64,000 nt of DNA from Gemmatimonadota bacterium. GTDB taxonomy: Bacteria; JBHIER01; G020348925. Within the stretch, counting starts at the first letter, position 1, and each line of letters opens with the position of its first letter. Shown one piece after another: positions 33,682 to 45,490 of this stretch. The stretch spans positions 4,649,775 to 4,713,774 of the forward strand of contig CP070758.1 of NCBI GenBank assembly GCA_020348925.1. The letters run 5' to 3'. The translations under genes and the position numbers were made by a program. The notes beneath the pieces are model-generated. The model was not told the DNA's origin. It did not search any database and was given only the letters and a program-made list of their open reading frames with translations.

Positions 33682-34608
33682 TCAGTCTTTGATACAACGA
33701 ACCGAATATCCGCTGCGCTTATTGATGCTACCGCGAGCAACCTGTGTGTAGGTGTAATACAGGGCCCGATACCAAGCCATGGTACCAGACTGCTCTGAAG
33801 AAGACCAAAAGCCGGCATATCTTCCAATAGAGGTGAACTGCCCAGGACTGCTGGTACGGTGTCCACCAGGCAACGCGGTAAAGCCGCTTTCGTTAGTGGC
33901 GCCTGTATTAGGGTTGTCCCAATGAGCTGTTCCGGCTTCTTTCATTTTGCCACCTTCATCTGTCCCACGGTATCCTGTAGTATCAGCTTCTGACTGACTC
34001 ATACCCAGGTACATTTCCAGTTCCTTCCACTCTTCATCAGTAGGTATATGCCAGCCAACAGGTGCTATATTTCGGCTGTCATGAACGGCATACCCGTTGT
34101 ATAATCGTCCATAAATTGGAACATTATTGTCCTCGTTGTTATAATTGCAGTAAGCTCCATTTGTCAGCCCGATCCATGTTGTGCTGTCAGTAACATTTGG
34201 TATGGCATCGCCATTGCGATAGTGAGTGACCCTCAGGTTTTCGACCATCCATACTTGTGTACCAATGGTTACGGTTTGGTATACGTTTCCGTCAATATCG
34301 GTTACAATCGTGCTTGGACAGACATCAATTCCAAGACTTATATTTGCTATTTTTACTATGTCAAGTAAGTCAACACTCCCATCACCCTCGCAACTGCCGA
34401 CAGGGGCATTACAGTCGGCTCTCCAGAACTCATTATTATTGGGCGTTTTCGTGCCTAAAACAATATTAACTGCTTCTAAAATATCCAAAAGGTCTATCGT
34501 TCCGTCATTATTCACATCACCCTTTTCGCCTTCATAGGGTTGGGCCAACAGATTCATGGAAAGGCAAACCAGAATGACGATTACTGTTACTATTTTATGG
34601 ATTTTCAT
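33682..34608 (-). CDS. Secreted protein with an N-terminal dockerin and a Fibrobacter succinogenes major paralogous (FISUMP) domain
   Basis: Signal peptide; GDVNNDGTIDLLD...GDGSVDLLD; then TDIDGNVYQTVTIGTQVWMVENL, YGRLYN, GWHIPTDEEW, TNESGFTALPGG, GYSVRCIKD. Confidence 0.9.
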   Translation of the reverse strand: MKIHKIVTVIVILVCLSMNLLAQPYEGEKGDVNNDGTIDLLDILEAVNIVLGTKTPNNNEFWRADCNAPVGSCEGDGSVDLLDIVKIANISLGIDVCPSTIVTDIDGNVYQTVTIGTQVWMVENLRVTHYRNGDAIPNVTDSTTWIGLTNGAYCNYNNEDNNVPIYGRLYNGYAVHDSRNIAPVGWHIPTDEEWKELEMYLGMSQSEADTTGYRGTDEGGKMKEAGTAHWDNPNTGATNESGFTALPGGHRTSSPGQFTSIGRYAGFWSSSEQSGTMAWYRALYYTYTQVARGSINKRSGYSVRCIKD

Positions 34609-34799
34609 GCGGTCACAACCTCCGCCTAATAAATATTAGGTTTTCCCAGAAAAATGAAGTGTCATTTTGGGTTTTAAGCTGTTGTTTTTTAAATATAACG
34701 TAATCTCTTCGAATCCTTTACATGATGGGTGAATGATAGTCTTTGCCGAGGTTCACTTTCTGTTCCATTTGAGGTACTGACATACCATTCTCAACATCA

Positions 34800-34828
34800 A
34801 GAATAACAATCAAAAGAGTCGTTGTCAA
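34800..34828 (-). promoter_or_regulatory. sigma70-like promoter for the dockerin-FISUMP gene
   Basis: TTGACA-17 nt-TATTCT, ~190 bp upstream of the ATG at 34608. Confidence 0.5.
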
Positions 34829-35005
34829 GTAATTTTTAATTCTTCACCAATTCTTTCCGGCGTGTATCCACCGAGCATTCAGAGATTTATCAACCTCTTG
34901 AATCCCCTCTCGTTCAAAACAACACAACTTTTCTCATAGTATACCATACGATGATATCATGACATGAAAACTGAATAGAATGGTATAATATAATCGAAAG
35001 GATTT

Positions 35006-35560
35006 TCAAAGATCAAAGGAGAAGGTGAGCTTACATTCTGAATCTTCAAAGGAAGACCGTATTTTGAGGGACGATCGGTCCTCATCAAATCCGAACAGAT
35101 GGGCGTCAACGTACGCATCGATCATACTGAAAACAATCACACCCGCAGTCCACCAGAGATACCCGTTCCGTCGATCGAGCCGGTCAAGATATTCCTCATA
35201 ATCAACAGCATAGGCATCCCGCGCCTTCTTATCCTGGACAAGGGCCGAGATGACGAGTCCGGACTCGATGCAGAAGATCAGACCACTTTTGACATAGTGC
35301 TCCGTATAGAATTGTCCCCATCCGGGGACAACGGCGGACCGGATCATCGCACCTGTCGGAGATTTCGTTCCCGGCACTCCTTTCCGGGGCTCAAGTTTCA
35401 CAGTCTCTCCGCGGGGTGATGTGAGGGTGTCCCGGGCCATTTCCTGCCACTGTGCCGATGTGACTCCGAAAAGAAGCAGGAAACTAAAAACGATCCGAGT
35501 AAAAAAGAGAAGAATACGGAAAAATATATTTTTTGAAATCGAAAAGCTCCTATACATCAA
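35006..35560 (-). CDS. DUF5683-like membrane protein
   Basis: KSPTGAMIRSAVVPGWGQFY and SMIDAYVDAHL motifs. Start uncertain. Confidence 0.75.
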   Translation of the reverse strand: MMYRSFSISKNIFFRILLFFTRIVFSFLLLFGVTSAQWQEMARDTLTSPRGETVKLEPRKGVPGTKSPTGAMIRSAVVPGWGQFYTEHYVKSGLIFCIESGLVISALVQDKKARDAYAVDYEEYLDRLDRRNGYLWWTAGVIVFSMIDAYVDAHLFGFDEDRSSLKIRSSFEDSECKLTFSFDL

Positions 35561-35572
35561 TCTTCGTCAAAT

Positions 35573-36772
35573 TCATGAAAACAGCGGTTCTTGCGCTGTC
35601 CGAGCTCTCTCTCTGGTCCAGCTGCGATAGTCGGACAGCTTGAATCCGGGTTTCTGCCAATCGATCTTTCCCAAAGCGAGATCCTCAACTCCACAAAGAG
35701 GATTCTCGCAGGAAAGGCATGCGCCATCGCACTCGGCTGCGGGTTCGAAGCGATCTCCGTTTCTAACATACAGAGGAATATCAATCCCTTCGCAATTCGT
35801 TGAGCTCATGAATTCTCCGTTCAACCCGACGGGGATCCCGTCCCCAAGATCATACTCCATGCATAATGCAAAGGTCACGCCGAGGCTATCGCAAGAATTG
35901 CGCAAATGATCGAACAGTCGTTTTCGATAACCGATGTCAGCGTGCAGACCATTATCGATCCGTTGGGAAAATAACCTCTTCATGTCGAAAACAACACCCT
36001 GGCCGAACACCGAGAATTTCTTGTACACTTCACTCACCATCGAAAGCGGGATGTCCATGACACTGGCCACAATGTGGCTCGCCCCGGAATCGACAGCGCG
36101 CTCGATAAGGCCCTCAAGACCTCTCACATCATCCGTAATATACGGAATTATGGGATCAACTCGACAGACGGTGTGTACTCCGCTCTCAGCCATCCGAGTC
36201 ATGCAGTCGAACAGATCATCGGTCGTGGCTCCGCCCCGCATGAGGAGGCGACGCTGTGTTTCCTGTAACGTCAATACGGAGAATTGACCGAAGGAATGGG
36301 ATTGCCTCTTCAACAGACCGATGACACGATCGCTGACGGCCTCCTTCGTAATAAACTCCACAGGAATGTTTCTGCCCACAAATTCCTCGATGATCTTTTC
36401 GGAGAGGTGATACGTATGATTCACCGGCTGAAAAGGATCGGTTACCGGCGAGAGATATCCGCACGATGCCAGGTCGATACTGTCCAGCTGCTTCGCTACG
36501 ACTCGATCGAAGTCCCTGCAGACAGTGACAACTCCGCGTTCCCGGTAATTCTGAAAATAACCGGGCAGGGCCTTTGCGTAACAGAATGAACAATCGATGG
36601 AGCACCCGTTGTACGGATTGACGAGCAGCCGTTCCGCCGTGCATTCCCTCTTCCCCGGCCACCATCCATGTAATTCTTTGCGAGAATCGACCACAACATG
36701 AGGCACGGGATTTTCTATGACATCAAGAACTTTCAATCCCTTACCGAATCGAACTTCGATTTTTTCAGGCAT
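35573..36772 (-). CDS. Radical SAM protein, spore-photoproduct-lyase-like family
   Basis: NPYNGCSIDCSFCYA (CxxxCxxC), TDPFQP, RVDPIIPYITD. Confidence 0.85.
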   Translation of the reverse strand: MPEKIEVRFGKGLKVLDVIENPVPHVVVDSRKELHGWWPGKRECTAERLLVNPYNGCSIDCSFCYAKALPGYFQNYRERGVVTVCRDFDRVVAKQLDSIDLASCGYLSPVTDPFQPVNHTYHLSEKIIEEFVGRNIPVEFITKEAVSDRVIGLLKRQSHSFGQFSVLTLQETQRRLLMRGGATTDDLFDCMTRMAESGVHTVCRVDPIIPYITDDVRGLEGLIERAVDSGASHIVASVMDIPLSMVSEVYKKFSVFGQGVVFDMKRLFSQRIDNGLHADIGYRKRLFDHLRNSCDSLGVTFALCMEYDLGDGIPVGLNGEFMSSTNCEGIDIPLYVRNGDRFEPAAECDGACLSCENPLCGVEDLALGKIDWQKPGFKLSDYRSWTRERARTAQEPLFS

Positions 36773-36863
36773 GCGGTTTCCTTGCAAGCCTCTTTCGAGG
36801 CAGACATTTCAATCACTCCCCATGAAGCCCGGTCACCATCTCATGGGAGATACCACTTCGTAC

Positions 36864-36892
36864 ATTTTAATACAATTCCTTTACCTTGTCAA
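36864..36892 (-). promoter_or_regulatory. sigma70-like promoter for the radical SAM gene
   Basis: TTGACA-17 nt-TAAAAT, ~90 bp upstream of the start. Confidence 0.6.
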
Positions 36893-37178
36893 CCCAAAAT
36901 TTTTGAACCATAGAATCAGCCCATTGTTCCAGACGGTCACCTTTCTATGATATTCTTTCACCAGTATGACTGAGATGTGGCCATATTGACACAATCGCAA
37001 ACAAAAAAGCTGTCAGTCATGCTGTCGTAAATTCTTGAAATATTATGCCATTTTGACCGCCATCATTTGCAGATGAGAGTGACAGTGAAAAAACAAAATT
37101 TTTCAATATTTTATTAAGTCATTCTTTATAATAAAGTTGGGTTTTTTTAATGTGGACTATGGAGAGTGGATTTCCGTT

Positions 37179-37195
37179 TTGGCACGAAATTCGCT
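37179..37195 (+). promoter_or_regulatory. sigma54 (-24/-12)-like promoter of hsp20-groES-groEL
   Basis: TTGGCACGAAATTCGCT has exact GG-N10-GC spacing and lies ~57 bp upstream of the hsp20 ATG. Confidence 0.65.
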
Positions 37196-37251
37196 TTCTC
37201 TGATTTGAGAATGTCAAAAAAAGGAAATGAACACGAAAGGAGGTGACAAGA

Positions 37252-37695
37252 ATGACACTCGTGAGGTATCGTCCAATGACGAATCTATTCAACTTCAGGG
37301 ATGAGATGAACCGTCTCTTCGATGGTTTCTTCCGCGGGGTTCCGGATGTGAACGAGCATTTCACTACGTACGGTCCGGACGTGGATATCAAAGAAACTGA
37401 TAATGATGTTCTTGTCTCCGTGGAAATTCCTGGAATGGATCAGAAGGACATCAAGGTCAATGTCCGGGACAACGTTTTGACCCTGAAGGGTGAGAAGAAG
37501 CGGGAGCAGGAGGTTGAAAATACGAATTACCACCTCAGTGAACGTTGCTTCGGCGGTTTTGAGAGATCCTTCACGCTGCCGACGAATATCCAGAACGATA
37601 AATTGACTGCGACATATAAAAACGGTATTCTGAACGTAACGCTGCCAAAAGCGGAAGAGGCAAAACCCAAGGAGATCTCAGTAAAGGTGGCGTAA
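37252..37695 (+). CDS. Hsp20/alpha-crystallin small heat-shock protein
   Basis: PDVDIKET, EIPGM, LTLKGEKK, ERCFGGFERSFTLP, ATYKNGILNVTLPK. AGGAGGTG RBS. Confidence 0.96.
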   Translation: MTLVRYRPMTNLFNFRDEMNRLFDGFFRGVPDVNEHFTTYGPDVDIKETDNDVLVSVEIPGMDQKDIKVNVRDNVLTLKGEKKREQEVENTNYHLSERCFGGFERSFTLPTNIQNDKLTATYKNGILNVTLPKAEEAKPKEISVKVA

Positions 37696-37704
37696 GAACC
37701 TCGT

Positions 37705-37736
37705 CGGAGAGCGCCTCTCCTGAGAGGCGCTCTCCG
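37705..37736. repeat. Perfect 15-bp inverted repeat (hairpin) between hsp20 and groES
   Basis: CGGAGAGCGCCTCTC-ct-GAGAGGCGCTCTCCG; no U-tract follows. Confidence 0.9.
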
Positions 37737-37877
37737 TGGAAACCACCCGGAGACCCCCCTCCCTCTGTTCATTTCGAAAAGATGAAATGAGGGGGTTTTT
37801 CCATGAGAAGACACGGAGAGAACCACACGCTGATTTAAATGTCGGTGAAAAGCTGGAACAAGGAAAGGAGATGCAAG

Positions 37878-38165
37878 GTGAAGATAAAGCCTTTACGGGA
37901 CAAAGTCGTCGTCATGAGACTTGAGGAGGAGGAGAAAAAGGTCGGTGGTATCATTATCCCCGATACGGCTAAAGAGAAACCCATGCAGGGTAAAGTGATG
38001 GCTGTTGGACCCGGTGCCATGGATAAGGCCGGCAAACGAATCCCGATGGAGGTTAAAAAGGGAGACACAGTACTTTTCGGGAAATACTCAGGGACAGAAG
38101 TGTCCATTGACGGAAAAGAATACCTCATCATGGATGCAAGCGATATCTATGCCATTATCGGTTGA
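37878..38165 (+). CDS. groES: Co-chaperonin GroES
   Basis: [37 protein letters not shown] start after AAGGAG. Confidence 0.98.
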   Translation: MKIKPLRDKVVVMRLEEEEKKVGGIIIPDTAKEKPMQGKVMAVGPGAMDKAGKRIPMEVKKGDTVLFGKYSGTEVSIDGKEYLIMDASDIYAIIG

Positions 38166-38185
38166 GTATGTTCCAAATATTCTAA

Positions 38186-39817
<1,632 letters not shown>

Positions 39818-39847
39818 TTTCAGGGTTGGCATAAAGAAAAACCTTAC

Positions 39848-39881
39848 GGGGAGGAACCTCTCGTTCCTCCCCTTTCTTTTT
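39848..39881 (+). terminator. Intrinsic terminator after groEL
   Basis: GGGGAGGAAC-ctctc-GTTCCTCCCC followed by TTTCTTTTT. Confidence 0.85.
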
Positions 39882-39974
39882 AACAGTCTCAAGCGATCCA
39901 AGGCTGCCCTGGGATCAAGAGATCTGGGATAAGAAACCCGAGGCAGCCATATTTTTTCAGTCGAATGAAAAACA

Positions 39975-40943
39975 TTAGTATTTGCGAAACGCGACCTGCA
40001 ATGCCTGGCATATCTCATCAATCGCGTCCTGAGCTCGATCGAATATACCGGGTAAGATCACAAAATCGTGAAGCATGCCCTCATACCGGGTGCATAGCAC
40101 TGGTATCCCTTTTTCTCTCAAACGATGTGCGTAAGCTTCCCCCTCATCTCGAAGAACGTCAAATTCTGCGGTGATAACGAACGCCGGCGGTAATCCGCCC
40201 AAATCATCCGCAAGTATTGGTGAGACGGACGGACTCATGGCCTGTCCCTTGTTCTGTAAATAATGATTGCGATACCACTTCATATTCGCCGCAGATAGCC
40301 ATAATCCGTCACCAAAATAATGGTATGATTCCGTTGCAAACGAAGAAAGATTCAGCCAGGGGCAAATGAGCACCTGAAAGATCAACGAGGAAAAACTCTG
40401 ATCCCGAGCAAGAATCGAGGAGACTGCCGCGAGATTGCCACCAGCACTGTCGCCCGCGATAGCAATTCGAGCGGGATCACCTTGAATATTCTCGGCATTT
40501 TCGAAAATCCATCTCACAACCGTCACAGCATCCTCAACCGCTGCCGGATGCTTATACTCCGGTGCCAATCTATAGTCGACAGAAACCACCGCACACGATG
40601 CGCCGCTTGCCAGAAACGTGCAAAATGGATCGAACTCATCCAGAGTACCCAATACAAAACCACCACCGTGAAAAAAAATTAGTATCGGATATGGTGGATT
40701 TCCATTAGGTTGATAAACGCGTAGAGGTATTTGACCTGTGGAACTTGAGATACACAGAGTTTTTACCGCGATACCTTCATTCGGTGTTCCAAGCCAGGAT
40801 TCTTCAAGAAAACACTCACGAGCTTGTTGCGGTGTGAGCGAGGACAGTGGCGCCGCCCTTGTTTCAGAGATCTTCCTCAGAAGAGTCCCCGCTTGAGGGT
40901 CGAGATGCCCCTGAGTGTATGATGGGTACAGAGCCTTCACCAT
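39975..40943 (-). CDS. HSL-family alpha/beta hydrolase (esterase/lipase)
   Basis: HGGGF, VDYRLAPE, GDSAGG, DVLRDEG, GMLHDF. Confidence 0.95.
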   Translation of the reverse strand: MVKALYPSYTQGHLDPQAGTLLRKISETRAAPLSSLTPQQARECFLEESWLGTPNEGIAVKTLCISSSTGQIPLRVYQPNGNPPYPILIFFHGGGFVLGTLDEFDPFCTFLASGASCAVVSVDYRLAPEYKHPAAVEDAVTVVRWIFENAENIQGDPARIAIAGDSAGGNLAAVSSILARDQSFSSLIFQVLICPWLNLSSFATESYHYFGDGLWLSAANMKWYRNHYLQNKGQAMSPSVSPILADDLGGLPPAFVITAEFDVLRDEGEAYAHRLREKGIPVLCTRYEGMLHDFVILPGIFDRAQDAIDEICQALQVAFRKY

Positions 40944-41040
40944 GATTTTTCATTTCCCCAGCTGTTCCGTTCAAAGCTTCATTGAAAGAAATGAAGGCAA
41001 CGTCCCCACGCGTATGGAGCAAACGGGGGGTTAACTTCAA

Positions 41041-41709
41041 TTATTGTAATTGTTCAATGATTTCATCGGCGGCCATCACCCTTGCAAAACCTTTCCTCAA
41101 TACCCTCAATTCGGGCTCTTGCATCTCCGGATCGTCGGTTGACGTCACATCGCTTCCGAAGATGACTTTGAAGCTCCTCTCATAGGCCTGCCGCGCCGTG
41201 GCTCCGCAACAATAGTTCGTTAATGTCCCGCATATGATAACCGTATCTTTATCCATATTTTTGAGTATTGTTTCCAAAGGAGTATCGTAGAAGGCCCCGT
41301 AAGAGGATTTTTGAATCACGATCTCCTCCTCTCCGGGTGCCAGCTCATGCCACACCCGTCCTTCGACATAAAATAAGGAAAAATCGATATCCAGCTCCGA
41401 ATATCGCCCTGGCATCAACGCTCCGGTTTTCGGGCGGTCCAAGTAATTATGTGTCTTTGAATAGACCGTATATATGACCGGGATATTCTTGCTCCGACAG
41501 TGTTCGATGAGCATCTTGATACGGGGGACTTGTCTCGTTGCTTCCGGCACCCAATCGGGAGACCAATGGGGTTTCACAAATTCATCCTGCATATCTATGA
41601 CCAGTAAGGCACAATTACCCGGCACAATTTCAAATTGTGCGTCACCTTCTTCATAGGCTTTTCTGGCTAAATTCAGCACATCCTGTTCAGAGAAGTTACC
41701 GATTTTCAT
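41041..41709 (-). CDS. Isochorismatase-family cysteine hydrolase
   Basis: ALLVIDMQ, K..YGAFYDT, GTLTNYCC, TARQA. Confidence 0.92.
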   Translation of the reverse strand: MKIGNFSEQDVLNLARKAYEEGDAQFEIVPGNCALLVIDMQDEFVKPHWSPDWVPEATRQVPRIKMLIEHCRSKNIPVIYTVYSKTHNYLDRPKTGALMPGRYSELDIDFSLFYVEGRVWHELAPGEEEIVIQKSSYGAFYDTPLETILKNMDKDTVIICGTLTNYCCGATARQAYERSFKVIFGSDVTSTDDPEMQEPELRVLRKGFARVMAADEIIEQLQ

Positions 41710-41889
41710 TTTCCTCTGCCTTTATGAATTACGTGTGAATTACGTGCTTCATACCATGTCGATTTCCATATATCTCTGAGTCCTTATGCCTCAGGGACGA
41801 ACAATCGCAGCGAAGATTTTCGAAGTTGAAATCCTCGATTTTCTCTTTCAGAACGATCTTACGGTGGAATCGAGAGGTGCCTTCACGAC

Positions 41890-42954
41890 TCACTTCTTCT
41901 TGTTGTGTTTCATCGCCGATTTGATGAACCTTCCGAACTTCCTGTCCTTTTTGCGTTTTTCGGCGTAAGACATATCATGGTACTCGGATTCACTGAGTAG
42001 TTTCAGAAAACTTCGGTAACGCCCTCCGCTCAATTCCCCGGTCTCAACCGCCTTCAGGAGTGCGCAGCCAATTTCCGTAGTATGAGTGCAATTGGTGAAA
42101 CGACACTTTTTGGAGAGTTCCCGAATCTCGAAGAAGCTCTCGTCTATCCCACTGCTGACACCGATAGTACCCAGTTCCCTCATGCCAGGAGTGTCGATTA
42201 CTATTGCGCCCTGATCAAGAGAGATCAACTGGCGACGCGCTGTCGTATGGCGTCCCTTTCCGTCTTTTTCACGAACCGTGTTTGTCTCAAATAGATCTCG
42301 GCCCACGAGACGGTTCAAGAGCGTCGTTTTGCCCACTCCCGACGATCCGAGCAGACAATACGTCTTACCCCTTTCCAAAATACTTCGGATTCGATCCAGT
42401 CCGAAGCCGGTTCTATTGCTGAGCGCAATGACGGTACACGCGATGTTCGATTGTCTGACCTCTGAGATCCACTGCTCTACATCCTCTGAACTGACCAGGT
42501 CGCTCTTCGTTAAGAGGAGTACGGGCTCAATCCGACCTTCGTTGACCATGACCAAATAACGTTCCAGTCTGCGCACATTGAAATCGAAATCGCACGCTTG
42601 GACAATGAAGGCCACATCAATGTTGGACGCAATCATTTGATAGTCGATTCTTTTCCCCGGTGTTTTCCGTCGCAAAACCGATCTCCTTGGAAACAGATCA
42701 TGAATAGTGGCAAACGTATCATAATTGTGGTACCGGACAAAGGCCCAATCTCCTACGCAGGGAAAGTCCATGCTCGACTCGGCGGAAAACACAAGATTGC
42801 CTGCAAGTTCAGCCAAAACTTCACTCCGTTCATTTCTGACGAGGTAGTTATCCCTGTTGACGGCGGTTACGCGAGCGACGCGATACTCAGTTCTCTGCAA
42901 TTTTTCACGCTGTTCCTGAAACCAGCAGTCAAATCCGAGGTCTCTCAGTTCCAT
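41890..42954 (-). CDS. rsgA: Ribosome small subunit-dependent GTPase A
   Basis: TKSDL, GSSGVGKTT, GRHTT, DTPGMRE and Zn site CRFTNCTHTTEIGC. Confidence 0.95.
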   Translation of the reverse strand: MELRDLGFDCWFQEQREKLQRTEYRVARVTAVNRDNYLVRNERSEVLAELAGNLVFSAESSMDFPCVGDWAFVRYHNYDTFATIHDLFPRRSVLRRKTPGKRIDYQMIASNIDVAFIVQACDFDFNVRRLERYLVMVNEGRIEPVLLLTKSDLVSSEDVEQWISEVRQSNIACTVIALSNRTGFGLDRIRSILERGKTYCLLGSSGVGKTTLLNRLVGRDLFETNTVREKDGKGRHTTARRQLISLDQGAIVIDTPGMRELGTIGVSSGIDESFFEIRELSKKCRFTNCTHTTEIGCALLKAVETGELSGGRYRSFLKLLSESEYHDMSYAEKRKKDRKFGRFIKSAMKHNKKK

Positions 42955-43078
42955 GTGCACGATCTCTCTTCCATAAGCTCTCTACCGTATAAAACGCGCC
43001 TAATATTGAAACCTGTTCAATACATTCATCCCAGGCAAAGGAAAGAAAAAAAATGTGACCCTGCCATGACACATCAAA

Positions 43079-43495
43079 TCAGTTACGAGCCTTTATATCA
43101 ACCAATTTCCTAACGCTCTGCCTGTCTTTGGAATTCTTCACGCCGACCGTCAAACCCCGACCCTCCGCATATTTCTTCGCACTCAAGAGTGCTTTGATAA
43201 GATCTCCGGGTATATCACTTTTCTCAACTTCGAAAACGGCTTTGTCACCGAAGACAAATGTTACGCGGAAATATCCCTTATGAGGTGTCATGAAGAAAAG
43301 GTTCCGCTTCTTTCGCAGGAGTTTCATGGTCCATCCCGACTTCTGGCTGTAGAACTTCCAATCCTCAACCAATTCACCGTACTCATCCTCAAGATCGCTT
43401 CTCAGTCTGTCCCAAAGCTTTGCGGTTTTTCCCAAAGCCCTGGCCAGGGACTCTTTTTCAGGTTTTACGGATTTGTCCATAAAAAAGCTTGTCAT
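43079..43495 (-). CDS. DUF3788-like protein
   Basis: WKFYSQKSGW...KKRNLF...FVFGDKA...KYAEGRG pattern. Confidence 0.65.
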   Translation of the reverse strand: MTSFFMDKSVKPEKESLARALGKTAKLWDRLRSDLEDEYGELVEDWKFYSQKSGWTMKLLRKKRNLFFMTPHKGYFRVTFVFGDKAVFEVEKSDIPGDLIKALLSAKKYAEGRGLTVGVKNSKDRQSVRKLVDIKARN

Positions 43496-43834
43496 CGTTT
43501 CTGTCCTCCCCTTTTTATATCAACTGCCAATAAGGTAAATAGGGGTTCGATCCCAACATGCTTTGTTAAAAAGAAACTTATGGGAGCCGACATCATTTAT
43601 AGCTTTTTGAATATAGTAAAGAACTGCGAACAAAGCAAATTATTGCTCCTTGCATAACAAATGCAACAGAAAACTGTTATGAAATCCATGGTATTCCCAC
43701 CTGTTGGAGAAGCTCTTACCTTTTTATAATGCAAAAGGGCATAAAGAGGAAGCTGTGGTACCAGTCAAGGTTATCATAGAGATAACCGTTTGGTGATCTC
43801 ATTAAAAATCCAGATATGCTCATGTATCGTACAC

Positions 43835-45490
43835 TTAACGTAACAGAACCAGTTTCATTGTCTCGCTAAACGTATTCCCCGCATGCATGACACAGAAATA
43901 TATCCCGCTTGCATGTTGACTTGCATCAAAACAGATAACATAGGAATCGGCTTGCTGAAACTCGCTCACCAAAGTTTGTATTTCTCTCCCAAGCAGATCA
44001 TATACTTTCAGTGTCACGAAACTCGAACGGGGAATTGAATATGAGATGAGGGTTGTGTTGTTGAACGGATTTGGATAATTGTGATGCAGACGAAATTGAT
44101 GAACAACGGATTGGTCTGTTTCAACAGAAGATTGATCTATTTCATTCGTATCTTCCCATGCAAAATGTAGCAGGTTGCATGCATATTGCGTCTCCTCGGT
44201 GGTCACCAGTTCCTGTCCGACAACATGTATTGTATCGGTCGCCTCCGAAACGAGCAAACACATCCCATGCATCTCGACGGCATTGAAAAAACCGACGGGC
44301 AACGGCTGACGGTAAATTGTCGTAAAATCCCAGGCTCCGTTTTTCAAAATGCCGTATCGTATATTGCCCACATTCAGACGTTGCGTGCCCGGCCAATGGG
44401 TTGAAGCAATATCCGAAAAAATGATATGAGGTGTGTTATTCTTATCAAAAACGAGATGAGACAAACCGCCCGTATATTTCCTGCCGTCACCTCCATAATA
44501 CCCGTCATCGCGTTCGGCAATTATTTCGGAGCCCCAACCATGATCTCCCAGTCTCTTGAGCAAAAACAACTTGCAATATACAGCGGAGTGGGTTAATACG
44601 CGATTGACGTACATGCAGGAGATGTAGGGCGTTCCGCTATTATCCAGGCATAATGAAGGGTACCAGCCTGCATCATCTTTGGCTCCGTAATCATTATTCA
44701 AAGCGATCTCCATTTCCCAATTCCCTGTTTTATTTGTTGCATACCACAATCGGGAGGGATCGTCCGTCGCATGGATCTGCTCTGCAAAGATCACATGGAC
44801 ATAACCCTCATCATCCACCTTAATATCCTGCCGAATGGACGATTTAATGTACATATCATATGTATAGGCCATATCATAGTGATGCACCAAATCCTTTTCC
44901 CAATTTCCCGTCCCATTGGTCAGGTGATACAAATTGGAGCCTATCCAGGCGTCCATGAAATCTTCAGAGTCAACATCGGAGCGTGTCTTCAAAATCAATA
45001 AATGGAATGAATAATCAGGACCTGTATCGGCGGAGAGCTCGTATATGAATTTTCCTCCTTCGTTGTAGAAGTGGATGAGTGTTTCGTTGTGCCAGTGATT
45101 TGTACTATTCTTGTAATAGTGGTCGATGACTTGATCGTGTTCATCCGACCGTGCGACAAAAATATGAGGATCGGATTCTGCGTCAAACAATAAGACGGAT
45201 TTCTCAAGCCGTGTCCCTGAAGTTACTGTATCAATATTCTCAGATCCGTCAGGATGGATTGTCTTGTAGAGAAGTGTGCCTTCATCATCGCTTTTTTCAA
45301 AACGTTGAAAATACGAGATCCCGACAAACCCGTCGTTATTTATCTGCGCCCAGCTCCTGCTGTGACTGTCGTTCAGGCCATAATATATTGTGATCTGCGA
45401 ACCGTTCGTTTTCTGATCTTGAATTCCAGCGGCTACAAACTGGCTGTCGATCATCAATAGGCATGTTATCATTTGAAGACAATTTCTCAT
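43835..45490 (-). CDS. Secreted probable beta-propeller protein with a T9SS type A C-terminal domain
   Basis: Repeats such as SLCLDNSGTPYIS and LVFDKNNTPHII. C-terminal NYPNPFN...LKVYDLLGREI...SGIYF...KLVLLR. Confidence 0.8.
   Translation of the reverse strand: MRNCLQMITCLLMIDSQFVAAGIQDQKTNGSQITIYYGLNDSHSRSWAQINNDGFVGISYFQRFEKSDDEGTLLYKTIHPDGSENIDTVTSGTRLEKSVLLFDAESDPHIFVARSDEHDQVIDHYYKNSTNHWHNETLIHFYNEGGKFIYELSADTGPDYSFHLLILKTRSDVDSEDFMDAWIGSNLYHLTNGTGNWEKDLVHHYDMAYTYDMYIKSSIRQDIKVDDEGYVHVIFAEQIHATDDPSRLWYATNKTGNWEMEIALNNDYGAKDDAGWYPSLCLDNSGTPYISCMYVNRVLTHSAVYCKLFLLKRLGDHGWGSEIIAERDDGYYGGDGRKYTGGLSHLVFDKNNTPHIIFSDIASTHWPGTQRLNVGNIRYGILKNGAWDFTTIYRQPLPVGFFNAVEMHGMCLLVSEATDTIHVVGQELVTTEETQYACNLLHFAWEDTNEIDQSSVETDQSVVHQFRLHHNYPNPFNNTTLISYSIPRSSFVTLKVYDLLGREIQTLVSEFQQADSYVICFDASQHASGIYFCVMHAGNTFSETMKLVLLR

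Noticed and set aside
33600-35000. Diversity-generating retroelement acting on the FISUMP gene
   Set aside because: No reverse transcriptase and no adenine-variant template repeat seen in this window.
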